From Nitrosopumilus sp. (GTDB taxonomy: Archaea; Thermoproteota; Nitrososphaeria; Nitrososphaerales; Nitrosopumilaceae): DNA of 64,000 nt. The stretch lies in NCBI GenBank assembly GCA_965249555.1, contig OZ252243.1, forward strand, positions 1,568,001 to 1,632,000, read 5' to 3'. The notes beneath the pieces are model-generated. The model searched no databases. It saw only the letters and a list, made by a program, of their open reading frames with translations, and was not told the origin of the DNA. Shown here piece by piece: positions 40,204 to 50,808 of this stretch (positions are counted from its first letter, which is position 1; the number at the start of each line of letters is the position of its first letter). The position numbers and the translations under genes were made by a program.

Positions 40204-41687
40204 ATAGTTATTAAGCACTTAGATGTATTTTGCCATCTCAGAGAACATGTTCAATTCCCTTATTCTCCATGTCTCAAAGCATGTGAGAAAGACTGAGATC
40301 ATCCTCATGCCCTGATCACTCTTCATCTGCCCGCGAACATTTCTCTGCATCACGCACTTTCGAATGGAATTCTCTGCATCATTGTTAGTTGACGGGACAT
40401 CACCATCCATGACAAACGTAAACATGCTGTTCCTTGCAGTCTTTAGCTTCTTGCCAAACTGAACCATCTCCGTATCGCCTTTCAAATATCGTGCAATGAT
40501 ACGGTCCAGCTGTTTTAGTAAATCATCCCTGTACATTTCCCGCCGTTTTGTATGACGATTACCTACACTCCAAACCCTGGCATGACCTAGCATCTCTGAG
40601 AGTTTCTCATATAGAATCCTGGCCTTTTTGTCCTTTGATTTTATTGCCAGATATTTGGCATCGCGCTGCAGGTGTGCGGTGCATCTCTGCTTTGTGTTAT
40701 CACAAAATACTGTCCTGTACGGAGCATATCCGTCAGACACTAGGGTTCCTTTGAATTTCTTCCAGTACTTTTTTAGAACATTGGCACCTCTGCTGTACTC
40801 CAAGGCATACTGTGCACTAGTCTTGCTTCTTGCAACCCACATCCATCCAGTATTTCCATCAATTGAAAATCCTGTCTCATCGATTCCGAGAATCTTTTCA
40901 GTCACGATTTCGCTGTGGATTGTATTGTAAAATGACTCTAACATCACACTACCGTTGCGAAGAATGGATTGTACGGTTGTATTGCTGATTTCTAATCCAT
41001 ATCTTTCATAGAGTGTGGTTCTGATGGTATCGTATGGCATTCTCTTTGAGAACAGTGAGACGACCTCACGTATCACTGAACCATCAAAACATCCATGTGA
41101 TGGAAGGTTTCCCGTGGTTTGAAAATTATCAGAACAGTCCATGCAGATGTATTGATTCAAAACATGCTCAGTTATACCGTAGGGTGTTGGTGGGGGAATC
41201 TCAACCATTATCCTTTTGCAGGTTTTGGTTTGATGAATATTTTCACTACCGCATTTAGGACATGCATCTGATCTGTGGTGTTTGGTGCTAGTTGGTCTGA
41301 ATTTCTGTGTCTTGCCAACGTGTCCTGCTATTCCACCACGTCTTGATTTGCCTGGCTGTCTGTGTTGTCTTTTTTGCTTTCTCCATTCAAGGGAATTCTT
41401 TGATGGCGGAGAGTGAGCATTCTCATAATATGACAGCTTTTTTTGCAGTTCCTTGTTTGATTCTATGAGATTCTCTATGACTAGTTTTTGTTGTTTTGAC
41501 TCTTTTTGTAGTTCCTTGTTTGATTCTATGAGATTCCCTGTGATTAGTTTTTGTTGTTTTATCTCTGCTTGTAGTTGTATGATGATTTTCTCATGACCAC
41601 AACCTGACATGTTTTGTATGATGATTTAGTTGATCTTAGATCTTTTTGTGTAATAGTGTTGATTTGTGCGTGAAGGTTGATACATAC
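40204..41687 (-). mobile_element. IS66-family element (single-ORF, ISBst12-like), copy 1
   Basis: 8-bp TSD TGAATTTT at 40196-40203 and 41688-41695. One end is ...TTGATACATAC; the other TIR is degenerate (ATAGTTATTAA vs GTATGAATCAA in copy 2). Confidence 0.9.
40219..41610 (-). CDS. IS66-family DDE transposase
   Basis: N-terminal coiled coil, CPKC/CMDC zinc finger, and DETG, VSDGY, QRCTAHL and PSTNNDAE motifs. Confidence 0.92.
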   Translation of the reverse strand: MSGCGHEKIIIQLQAEIKQQKLITGNLIESNKELQKESKQQKLVIENLIESNKELQKKLSYYENAHSPPSKNSLEWRKQKRQHRQPGKSRRGGIAGHVGKTQKFRPTSTKHHRSDACPKCGSENIHQTKTCKRIMVEIPPPTPYGITEHVLNQYICMDCSDNFQTTGNLPSHGCFDGSVIREVVSLFSKRMPYDTIRTTLYERYGLEISNTTVQSILRNGSVMLESFYNTIHSEIVTEKILGIDETGFSIDGNTGWMWVARSKTSAQYALEYSRGANVLKKYWKKFKGTLVSDGYAPYRTVFCDNTKQRCTAHLQRDAKYLAIKSKDKKARILYEKLSEMLGHARVWSVGNRHTKRREMYRDDLLKQLDRIIARYLKGDTEMVQFGKKLKTARNSMFTFVMDGDVPSTNNDAENSIRKCVMQRNVRGQMKSDQGMRMISVFLTCFETWRIRELNMFSEMAKYI

Positions 41688-41706
41688 TGAATTTTAGTGC
41701 TAGACA

Positions 41707-41862
41707 ATGATAAAGTATTATTTTTTTATATTCCTAATACCACTGTTTTTAATCCCGGCATTTGCAGAGCCTGACTCGATTGCTGGTAGTGGCAGTACTG
41801 GCGGTGATGGCTTTCAATCCTATGATAGTTCAATTCAAACGCTCCATTATAGTGGATTGTGA
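41707..41862 (+). pseudogene. 5' remnant of a secreted-protein gene running into the CRISPR array
   Basis: MIKYYFFIFLIPLFLIPAFA-EPDSIAGSGSTGGDG reads into repeat 1. Removing IS66 copy 1 places TTTAAATA (40187-40194) ~20 nt before the ATG. Confidence 0.6.
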
Positions 41863-44800
41863 ATTCCCCTGTTTTGTCTTTCAATCCTATGATAGTTCAA
41901 TTCAAACAACATTAAAGACATCAAAGATGGCGGTGCGTATCTTCTTTCAATCCTATGATAGTTCAATTCAAACCATCAAAGTCGATGATACTACTGGTGA
42001 GATTATAGACTTTCAATCCTATGATAGTTCAATTCAAACAGGAGTGGTTGGATGGTCTGGTAGGATAGGGGATGGCTTTCAATCCTATGATAGTTCAATT
42101 CAAACTAGTGATTCCAAAGTGGACAGTCTGGCTCTTTGGGTACTTTCAATCCTATGATAGTTCAATTCAAATTTTTAGTAGCCTCTAATCAAAGACCAAA
42201 TGGACTTCACTTTCAATCCTATGATAGTTCAATTCAAACGAAGAAGTGGCTTTTCATATGCAAATGTGTCACGCCTTTCAATCCTATGATAGTTCAATTC
42301 AAACTGTTTTTGGTGTCGCCGGATTGTGTGGAATTTACGGCTTTCAATCCTATGATAGTTCAATTCAAACCTGTGCTTTGGCAATACTTCCAGGTCTGAT
42401 ATTTTCTTTCAATCCTATGATAGTTCAATTCAAACGATGCTCACTCTGCACATTACATCAAGTGGATAGAGTACTTTCAATCCTATGATAGTTCAATTCA
42501 AACTAAACACTGGTGATCAAATCAAGATAGAAGGTGTGCCCTTTCAATCCTATGATAGTTCAATTCAAACTCGTGCAATGCCGCCACCAGGCCCGCCGGC
42601 AATTCGCTTTCAATCCTATGATAGTTCAATTCAAACTAGAATCAAATTGGCAACTGGTGCAACCGCTGGAACCTTTCAATCCTATGATAGTTCAATTCAA
42701 ACCTTCCTGTTCAAGTCTTTCTGTGATGGTCTCATCAGTCTTTCAATCCTATGATAGTTCAATTCAAACTTTTGGTAATCTATCACCGTATGGATATTTT
42801 CTTTTCCCTTTCAATCCTATGATAGTTCAATTCAAACGCTTTATTGTTTTTTCCATTATGATCATCATACATTCTTTCAATCCTATGATAGTTCAATTCA
42901 AACTTCTCTATTTCGTCCCGGGTGTATTTGCTGAGGATACTTTCAATCCTATGATAGTTCAATTCAAACTTCGAGATAATCGCCTTGCAAGTGCTGCAAT
43001 CTTTCTTCTTTCAATCCTATGATAGTTCAATTCAAACTTAGATCTTGATCGATTCTAAAAGTTAAAGCCTGTTCCTTTCAATCCTATGATAGTTCAATTC
43101 AAACACTCAAGGAAGTACAAGATAGATTTTCTGTAGCTGCCTTTCAATCCTATGATAGTTCAATTCAAACGGTCAAGATGCTTGGCTGTTGATCCCAGCA
43201 GATAGACTTTCAATCCTATGATAGTTCAATTCAAACGCTGTTCTGTAAATTTAATATCAAATACAATAGTCTCTTTCAATCCTATGATAGTTCAATTCAA
43301 ACTTGTGGTTGGGTTGTCCTCGGTTGAAGGATCAGTGCTCTTTCAATCCTATGATAGTTCAATTCAAACGATTAATCACTATTGGCACGATTCCTTAACT
43401 TCTTCTTTCAATCCTATGATAGTTCAATTCAAACACAGATTTAATAAATTCTCTAACAAGAGGTCCTTAGACTTTCAATCCTATGATAGTTCAATTCAAA
43501 CTCATCAAACAGATGGAGGGTATCATCAGACATGAACTCTTTCAATCCTATGATAGTTCAATTCAAACATCTAGAAATGCTTCAATTAGAAAACAGGTGA
43601 TTACACACTTTCAATCCTATGATAGTTCAATTCAAACCTGTAACATAGATAGCTTCTATTGTCTTACCTTGTATCTTTCAATCCTATGATAGTTCAATTC
43701 AAACCAATCCGATAAAGGAAGAACGAGTTGGAAGTAGAAACTTTCAATCCTATGATAGTTCAATTCAAACCAAGGAATCCCACAGCCACCACTAGCAAAT
43801 GAAGGCTTTCAATCCTATGATAGTTCAATTCAAACTTGGCAATATTTTCAAGTTGTATCAAATTTCTGACCAGCTTTCAATCCTATGATAGTTCAATTCA
43901 AACTGGTGAAAGATGGTTTTATTCAGGTTCTTCTATAGCCTTTCAATCCTATGATAGTTCAATTCAAACGATGGTTCTTTGGATTTTTTTGAGGGTCTTA
44001 TGATGTCTTTCAATCCTATGATAGTTCAATTCAAACCAATTGCAATTATGCTGGGAATCGGTGTTACGATCCTCTTTCAATCCTATGATAGTTCAATTCA
44101 AACAGACAGGGGACGTATCTTTATTATCGGACATCTTAGCTTTCAATCCTATGATAGTTCAATTCAAACTTGTGGTTGGTGAAGTGAATACCTCGTCTTC
44201 CCTGTGCTTTCAATCCTATGATAGTTCAATTCAAACCTGCACTCAAGCGAATGTCCTCCTATCAGGTTGCATCTTTCAATCCTATGATAGTTCAATTCAA
44301 ACGTAATTTTGCTACTGTTTCCTTGATGTTCAAAAGACTTTCAATCCTATGATAGTTCAATTCAAACTCACCAATCAACGGTAACGCTTTACTTGGGGTT
44401 GCCTTTCAATCCTATGATAGTTCAATTCAAACCTGACATTGACGACTGACGGATCTCTTCCATACATCTTTCAATCCTATGATAGTTCAATTCAAACCGT
44501 CTAGAGGATAGCAGGTCGGGTAGTGCATCCAGTCCTTTCAATCCTATGATAGTTCAATTCAAACTACTAATCTGACCTTGTCCCCCTTGCCCGATAATCA
44601 TCTTTCAATCCTATGATAGTTCAATTCAAACCAGACAAACAAGCATTGATCTCAGGATTCCAAACTCCTTTCAATCCTATGATAGTTCAATTCAAACGGC
44701 TATGCCAAATCGTGGAAGAAAGAAAAGATACGCTTTCAATCCTATGATAGTTCAATTCAAACATGTAGAATAACACCAAACTACATGGAATTAGTTGATC

Positions 44801-45821
44801 TCTCTTTCAATCCTATGATAGTTCAATTCAAACGCAACGTCACTGCCTGATACTGGCACAAAGGGATTGACTTTCAATCCTATGATAGTTCAATTCAAAC
44901 CAACTTGTTGGAGCCATCGATGCCTCCTATTCCAACTTTCAATCCTATGATAGTTCAATTCAAACACAAACACAGTTCGGATGCGTGTCCGTGATTGGCT
45001 GCTTTCAATCCTATGATAGTTCAATTCAAACATTTTTGAAGATATGATGTGTGTTTGTCGGAATTTTCTTTCAATCCTATGATAGTTCAATTCAAACGCT
45101 GAATCTATTTGTGTTTCGCTTGCCTGTAGATCACTTTCAATCCTATGATAGTTCAATTCAAACCTTGTAGCAGCATGTTATCGTGCATTTGCTTATCTCT
45201 TTCAATCCTATGATAGTTCAATTCAAACCAATTTTTGAAATTGATAGTGATGAACCCTCGAACCTTTCAATCCTATGATAGTTCAATTCAAACGAGGCCT
45301 CCTTCATCAGGCGGAGCGGGGACTTGAGACTTTCAATCCTATGATAGTTCAATTCAAACTTACACTTGTTATAATTGTGGGATCATGCATGTTAGCTTTC
45401 AATCCTATGATAGTTCAATTCAAACTAGTTTGTATCTATTCCCACAGCCGCCTTCATCTTCTTTCAATCCTATGATAGTTCAATTCAAACCTCTACGCAG
45501 TCGAGAACAAGAATCGTGCAGGCGATACTTTCAATCCTATGATAGTTCAATTCAAACCAGAAGACAACTAAACAAATACCAACTCGCAGAACTCTTTCAA
45601 TCCTATGATAGTTCAATTCAAACTGACGACAAGGTGGATGATGCGTGCAGACCATTTCACTTTCAATCCTATGATAGTTCAATTCAAACGCAAGGCCCAC
45701 CAGGAGAAGATGGTGCAGGAGGTAGCTTTCAATCCTATGATAGTTCAATTCAAACAGGAGAAAGATATCTTACAGTCATATAGCGTATAATCTTTCAATC
45801 CTATGATAGTTCAATTCAAAC
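41811..45821 (-). CRISPR. CRISPR array, 61 repeats / 60 spacers; repeat GTTTGAATTGAACTATCATAGGATTGAAAG (30 bp)
   Basis: The + strand shows CTTTCAATCCTATGATAGTTCAATTCAAAC from 41811 to 45792-45821, counted by eye, with spacers of ~35-41 nt. One variant repeat at 42143 (terminal C>T). Orientation inferred from the ATTGAAAG 3' end and the leader on the cas4 side. Confidence 0.97.
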
Positions 45822-45966
45822 CCGCCAAATTCATACCTAAATCCCAATGCTAAATATTTGTTTCTTCATCTATCTCTGATCGTGTCCTTTCCTTATAAGA
45901 TCAGCAAAAAACATTACTGTATCCAAATATTGTAAAATAGTTTAAGATAAAAACTGTTCTGTTGGA
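45822..45966. promoter_or_regulatory. CRISPR leader / divergent promoter region for array and cas4
   Basis: AT-rich non-coding stretch between the last repeat and cas4. TATA-like CTTATAAG and TTTAAGAT, and GGAG before cas4. Confidence 0.65.
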
Positions 45967-46464
45967 GTGAATATGTTGAATGACACAGAACTAACTGGAA
46001 CACAGATAAATTATTACTTTGTATGTAAAAGAAAGCTATGGCTACACTCTCATAATATTTCTTTTGAGTCAAGCTCAGAACTTGTAAAACTTGGAACTCT
46101 CATACACAAGAATTCGTACAAGAGAAAGAAAAAAGAGATACGTATAGGCAGTATATCCATTGACTATGTCAATAAAGGAGAAATACATGAGGTAAAAAAA
46201 TCAGATAAAATACATGATGCACATACGTATCAAATATTATACTATATCTACTATCTAAAAAAACTTGGCATTAACACAACTGGAATACTTGAGTATCCCA
46301 AACTCAAAAAAACAGTAAAGATAAACCTTACAAAACAAAAGCAGGATTTTCTAGATAAAACAATATATGATGCATTAAAGATAATCTCTGCAAAAAAGCC
46401 ACCTATTGCAGAATACAAGCCAATATGCGATAAATGTGCATATGTTGAATACTGTTGGTCATGA
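45967..46464 (+). CDS. cas4: CRISPR-associated exonuclease Cas4
   Basis: YYFVCKRKLWL, EVKKS, H.YQI.YY and C-terminal CxxCxYxxxC Fe-S cysteines. Start could be ATG 45973. Confidence 0.95.
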   Translation: MNMLNDTELTGTQINYYFVCKRKLWLHSHNISFESSSELVKLGTLIHKNSYKRKKKEIRIGSISIDYVNKGEIHEVKKSDKIHDAHTYQILYYIYYLKKLGINTTGILEYPKLKKTVKINLTKQKQDFLDKTIYDALKIISAKKPPIAEYKPICDKCAYVEYCWS

Positions 46465-46482
46465 AAGATTACTATATATTTA

Positions 46483-47387
46483 GGTGATTGGGTACCTACT
46501 GCCCCTAGATTATTATGGAATATTTCACAAAAATAATGGATGGATTTTGTATCATTTGCAAAAACAATCTCTGATGAATCATTGTTAATACAATTCCTAG
46601 AATCAAGATGGGGTGAAAATCTTTCCTGCATTTTTTGTAAAAACAAGACCCTCTACACCATGAAAGGCAGAGACAGAATGAGATGCACAAAATGCCGAAA
46701 AGACTTCAAACCGTTTTCCAGCTCCAAATTCTCATTGGTTAGAATTTCATATTCCAAATGGCTCTCACTGATCAAGCTCTTTGAGCTATCCGTATCTGCC
46801 AAGACTGCATCAGAGCAGATGCATCTGAGTTACAAAACAGTTCTGAAAGCATTTGATGCAATCAGATATTCCATACTTGAGGAATTGGCAAATACCGACA
46901 AGGTTCTAAAGGGCCAAATTGAGGCTGACGAGGCGTACTTTGGAGGAAAAAGGAAGGGAAATCGCGGACGTGGTGCCAAAAACAAGACCATTGTGTTTGG
47001 CATCTTGGAGAGAAAAGGGAGGGTTCACGTTGAGATTGTAAATAACGTTAAAGCTAAAACCCTTCTGAAAAGTACAATTAGAAAAGTGAAAAAAGGTAGT
47101 ATCGTGTACACTGACAAGTGGAAGGGATATGACTCGCTTGTGTTTCATGGATACAAACATCTCTCAGTAGATCACAACAAGATGTTTGGCAAAGGGGATG
47201 TTTACATTAATGGAATTGAAGGCTTTTGGAGCTTTACCAAAGAGAACATGGCAAAGTATCACGGGGTGAGCTCAGGCAAATTTTTACTGTACCTCAAGGA
47301 GATGGAATGGAGATACAATAACAGGAATAGTGATTTGTTTGATTTATTGCTGAGAAATATGTTGGGGGCAGTAGATCCCTAATCGCC
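46483..47387 (+). mobile_element. IS1595-family (ISXO2-like) insertion sequence
   Basis: 23-bp imperfect TIRs GGTGATTGGGTACCTACTGCCCC / GGGGCAGTAGATCCCTAATCGCC. 8-bp TSD TATATTTA at 46475-46482 and 47388-47395. Confidence 0.95.
46540..47382 (+). CDS. IS1595-family transposase
   Basis: CIFC/CTKC zinc ribbon, IEADEAYFGG, GRG, YTDKW..Y, INGIEGFWS and LYLKE motifs. Confidence 0.93.
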   Translation: MDFVSFAKTISDESLLIQFLESRWGENLSCIFCKNKTLYTMKGRDRMRCTKCRKDFKPFSSSKFSLVRISYSKWLSLIKLFELSVSAKTASEQMHLSYKTVLKAFDAIRYSILEELANTDKVLKGQIEADEAYFGGKRKGNRGRGAKNKTIVFGILERKGRVHVEIVNNVKAKTLLKSTIRKVKKGSIVYTDKWKGYDSLVFHGYKHLSVDHNKMFGKGDVYINGIEGFWSFTKENMAKYHGVSSGKFLLYLKEMEWRYNNRNSDLFDLLLRNMLGAVDP

Positions 47388-48359
47388 TATATTTAATAGT
47401 GGTAGGATTTCACGATCACAAAATACCATTCAAATCCTATCAAAAGATGATACAAAAAAATCAATTCCTGTAATGGATGTCAGGGCTCTCCATATCTTTG
47501 GTCAATGTGACTTTAATTCTGCATTAATATCATTTCTAAATACAAAGGGAATTGCAATACACTTTTACAATTATTATGGAAATTATGCTGGAAGTTATTA
47601 TCCTCGTGAGAAGCTTCTCTCCGGACTTGTTATAGTAAAGCAAGTGCAGCATTATCTAGAGCAGTACAAAAGATTATACATTGCATCTGAATTCATCAAA
47701 ACTGCAACACATAACATGCTTGCAAATCTGCGTTATTACAAATCAAAGAAAAAAGATGTAACAGAGTATATTGATAGAATTCAAAGCCTGCAGCAGCAAA
47801 TACCAAAATGCAAAACAGTTGATGAGTTAATGGGAATTGAGGGAAATTGCCGGAACGTCTACTATGATTCATTTGATAACTTTCTAAGAGATGGGTTTGA
47901 GCTGGAAAAAAGGACAAGGATGCCACCACATAATATGCTAAATTCACTAATCTCATTTGGTAATAGTATAATGTACAACGATGTCTTAACTGAGATTTAT
48001 CAGTCACAGCTAAACTCTACTGTAAGCTATCTACACGAACCAGGATATCGACGCCATTCATTGTCCTTGGATATTGCCGAAGTATTCAAGCCTGTAGTTG
48101 TAGATAAGACCATCTTTAAGATGATAAATGGCAAGATGATAAGTGAGAAAGATTTTGATGACTCTTTGAATGGTTGCTATTTGGTAGAATCTGGAAGAAA
48201 AGCCTTTGTATCAGAGTACAATGAAAAGATGGAAAGTACAATCTATATATCTGCATTAAAGCGAAATGTAAGTTATAGACGACTGATAAGACTAGAGTGC
48301 CATAAAATAGTAAAGCATATTGTAGAAGATATACGATATACAGGATTTAGGCAAAAATA

Positions 48360-48629
48360 ATGTATGCCATACTAGTATATGATATTGCCGTAGAACGCAT
48401 TGATGCAGTACGAATCACAACAAAGCAATATCTAAACTGGATTCAAAATTCAGTTTTTGAAGGGGAGATAACAGTGTCTGGTCTTGCAGAACTAAAATCC
48501 AAAATATCTAGTCTAATTGATGTGTCTGAGGATTCAGTATTGGTATTTACTGTGAATAATCCAAAGTGGATAGAAAAAACAGTTATTGGTATTGATAAGA
48601 ATGATATAAGGTATGAATCAAGCACTTAG
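48360..48629 (+). CDS. cas2: Cas2 with IS-derived C-terminus
   Basis: MYAILVYDI, WIQNSVFEGEI and DSV motifs. The last residues (R)YESST* come from the IS66 end. Confidence 0.92.
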   Translation: MYAILVYDIAVERIDAVRITTKQYLNWIQNSVFEGEITVSGLAELKSKISSLIDVSEDSVLVFTVNNPKWIEKTVIGIDKNDIRYESST

Positions 48630-50031
48630 ATGTATTTTGCCATCTCAGAAAACATGTTCAATTCCCTTATTCTCCATGTCTCAAAGCATGTGAGAAAGAC
48701 TGAGATCATCCTCATGCCCTGATCACTCTTCATCTGCCCGCGAACATTCCTCTGCATCACGCACTTTCGAATGGAATTCTCTGCATCATTGTTAGTTGAC
48801 GGGACATCGCCATCCATGACAAACGTAAACATGCTGTTCCTTGCAGTCTTTAGCTTCTTGCCAAACTGAACCATCTCCGTATCACCTTTCAAATATCGTG
48901 CAATGATACGGTCCAGCTGTTTTAGTAAATCATTCCTGTACGTTTCCCGCCGTTTTGTATGACGATTACCTACACTCCAAACCCTGGCATGACCTAGCAT
49001 CCCTGAGAGTTTCTCATATAGAATCCTGGCCTTTTTGTCCTGTGATTTTATTGCCAGATATTTGGCATCGCGCTGCAGGTGTGCGGTGCATCTCTGCTTT
49101 GTGTTATCACAAAATACTGTCCTGTACGGAGCATATCCGTCAGACACTAGGGTTCCTTTGAATTTCTTCCAGTACTTTTTTAGAACATTGGCACCTCTGC
49201 TGTACTCCAAGGCATACTGTGCACTAGTCTTGCTTCTTGCAACCCACATCCATCCAGTATTTCCATCAATTGAAAATCCTGTCTCATCGATTCCGAGAAT
49301 ATTTTCAGTCACGATTTCGCTGTGGATTGTATTGTAAAATGACTCTAACATCACACTACCGTTGCGAAGAATGGATTGTACGGTTGTATTGCTGATTTCT
49401 AATCCATATCTTTCATAGAGTGTGGTTCTGATAGCATCGTATGTCAATCTCTTTGAGAACAGTGAGACGACCTCACGTATCACTGAACCATCAAAACATC
49501 CATGTAGTGGAAGGTTTCCCGTGGTTTGAAAATTATCAGAACAGTCCATGCAGATGTATTGATTCAAAACATGCTCAGTTATACCGTAGGGTGTTGGTGG
49601 AGGAATCTCAACCATTATCCTTTTGCAGGTTTTGGTTTGATGAATATTTTCACTACCGCATTTGGGACATGCATCTGATCTGTGGTGTTTGGTGCTAGTT
49701 GGTCTGAATTTCTGTGTCTTGCCAACGTGTCCTGCTATTCCACCACGTCTTGATTTGCCTGGCTGTCTGTGTTGTCTTTTTTGCTTTCTCCATTCAAGGG
49801 AATTCTTTGATGGCGGAGAGTGCGCATTCTCATAATATGACAGCTTTTTTTGCAGTTCCTTGTTTGATTCTATGAGATTTTCTATGATTAGTTTTAGTTG
49901 TTTTATCTCTGCTTGCAGCTGTATGATGATTTTCTCATGACCACAACCTGACATGTTTTGTATGATGATTTAGTTGATCTTAGATCTTTTTGTGTAATAG
50001 TGTTGATTTGTGCGTGAAGGTTGATACATAC
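48611..50031 (-). mobile_element. IS66-family element (single-ORF), copy 2
   Basis: TIRs GTATGAATCAA / TTGATACATAC. 8-bp TSD GATATAAG at 48603-48610 and 50032-50039. Confidence 0.95.
48626..49954 (-). CDS. IS66-family DDE transposase
   Basis: Near-identical to 40219-41610 but 21 aa shorter in the coiled coil. Confidence 0.92.
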   Translation of the reverse strand: MSGCGHEKIIIQLQAEIKQLKLIIENLIESNKELQKKLSYYENAHSPPSKNSLEWRKQKRQHRQPGKSRRGGIAGHVGKTQKFRPTSTKHHRSDACPKCGSENIHQTKTCKRIMVEIPPPTPYGITEHVLNQYICMDCSDNFQTTGNLPLHGCFDGSVIREVVSLFSKRLTYDAIRTTLYERYGLEISNTTVQSILRNGSVMLESFYNTIHSEIVTENILGIDETGFSIDGNTGWMWVARSKTSAQYALEYSRGANVLKKYWKKFKGTLVSDGYAPYRTVFCDNTKQRCTAHLQRDAKYLAIKSQDKKARILYEKLSGMLGHARVWSVGNRHTKRRETYRNDLLKQLDRIIARYLKGDTEMVQFGKKLKTARNSMFTFVMDGDVPSTNNDAENSIRKCVMQRNVRGQMKSDQGMRMISVFLTCFETWRIRELNMFSEMAKYI

Positions 50032-50115
50032 GATATAAGTAATATATTATAAATTCTAATTTATTTTTGTTTAATATGATCTAATTTAATTATGATACTA
50101 TTTCATGTGGTATAA

Positions 50116-50808
50116 TTGACTAGATTTTTTGTCCAATATAAAATACAAGGAGAAACGAAATTTCCACTAGATTATCGTTCTGCGTTTATGGCTCTAATCA
50201 AGACATCACTTGATGCAAACATTGGACATACAATTGGTATGTTTCAAAAAACACCACTTTGTCTTGCCATCAGATTTGATAAAAAACCTGAAATCTCAGA
50301 TAATATCATAAAAATAGGAAATACATTAAAGGTTTACATTTCATCTCCAGATCACATACTTGCAACAAATATCTATAATGGATTGTTGAATATTAAGAAT
50401 TTCACAATATTTGAATCTGCAATAGAAAAACCAAAGTTTGTGTACTTGAATGAGTATAGATTTTACCAGAGACAAGTCAAGATGTTTTACACTCTTTCAC
50501 CAATAGTGATACGCAATTATAAGGACAAAACAAAATATGTTACACCTACAGATCCAGAATTCATGGATTCATTAAAGAAAGCACTAACAGAACAGTGGGT
50601 GATGTATAGAGGTGATGATATTGGTGGGTTTACATTAAACATCATAAAATACAAAAAAGTTGTAATGACGCATTATGGTGGACTGGTACTAGGTTTTACT
50701 GGACTCTTTACTCTGGAAGCTGATTCCAAGGTTCTGGAGTTTTTCTACAAGGCAGGAATTGGATACAGGCGAAGCAATGGCTTTGGATTTATCGAGGTGG
50801 ACAGATAA
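50116..50808 (+). CDS. cas6: CRISPR endoribonuclease Cas6
   Basis: P.DYR near the N-terminus, TLSPIV, and C-terminal G-rich loop GIGYRRSNGFG. Confidence 0.92.
   Translation: MTRFFVQYKIQGETKFPLDYRSAFMALIKTSLDANIGHTIGMFQKTPLCLAIRFDKKPEISDNIIKIGNTLKVYISSPDHILATNIYNGLLNIKNFTIFESAIEKPKFVYLNEYRFYQRQVKMFYTLSPIVIRNYKDKTKYVTPTDPEFMDSLKKALTEQWVMYRGDDIGGFTLNIIKYKKVVMTHYGGLVLGFTGLFTLEADSKVLEFFYKAGIGYRRSNGFGFIEVDR

Larger units (their letters stand above)
46461..48360 (+). pseudogene. cas1: Type I-B Cas1 interrupted after codon 7 by an IS1595-family element
   Basis: Removing the IS and one TSD gives MKDYYIFNSGRISRSQNTIQILSKDDTKKSIPVMDVR..., continuous with ORF 47473-48360 (GIEG, NSLISFGN, YLHEP, DIAEVFKP). 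Confidence 0.93.

Noticed and set aside
43303-44206. Two spacers starting with the same 10 nt (TTGTGGTTGG)
   Set aside because: The remainder is unrelated; the match is too short to infer duplication or priming.
41762-45790. ORFs with recurring FQSYDSSIQT / FNPMIVQFK / ELNYHRIE peptides
   Set aside because: These are translations of the CRISPR repeat.
45957-45967. Mini-array spacer 1 seed (TTCTGATGG) resembling TTCTGTTGG upstream of cas4
   Set aside because: Only 8 of the first 9 nt match and pairing then stops, with no recognisable PAM. Similar short matches occur elsewhere (e.g. ~60606), so chance is likely.
47473-48360. Intact 295-aa cas1
   Set aside because: It lacks the N-terminal ~33 residues, which are separated from their start codon by the IS1595 insertion.
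46483-50031. CRISPR-associated transposon or casposon interpretation
   Set aside because: The transposases are ordinary IS1595 and IS66 elements with their own TIRs and TSDs disrupting cas genes. No TnsABC/TniQ or PolB is present.
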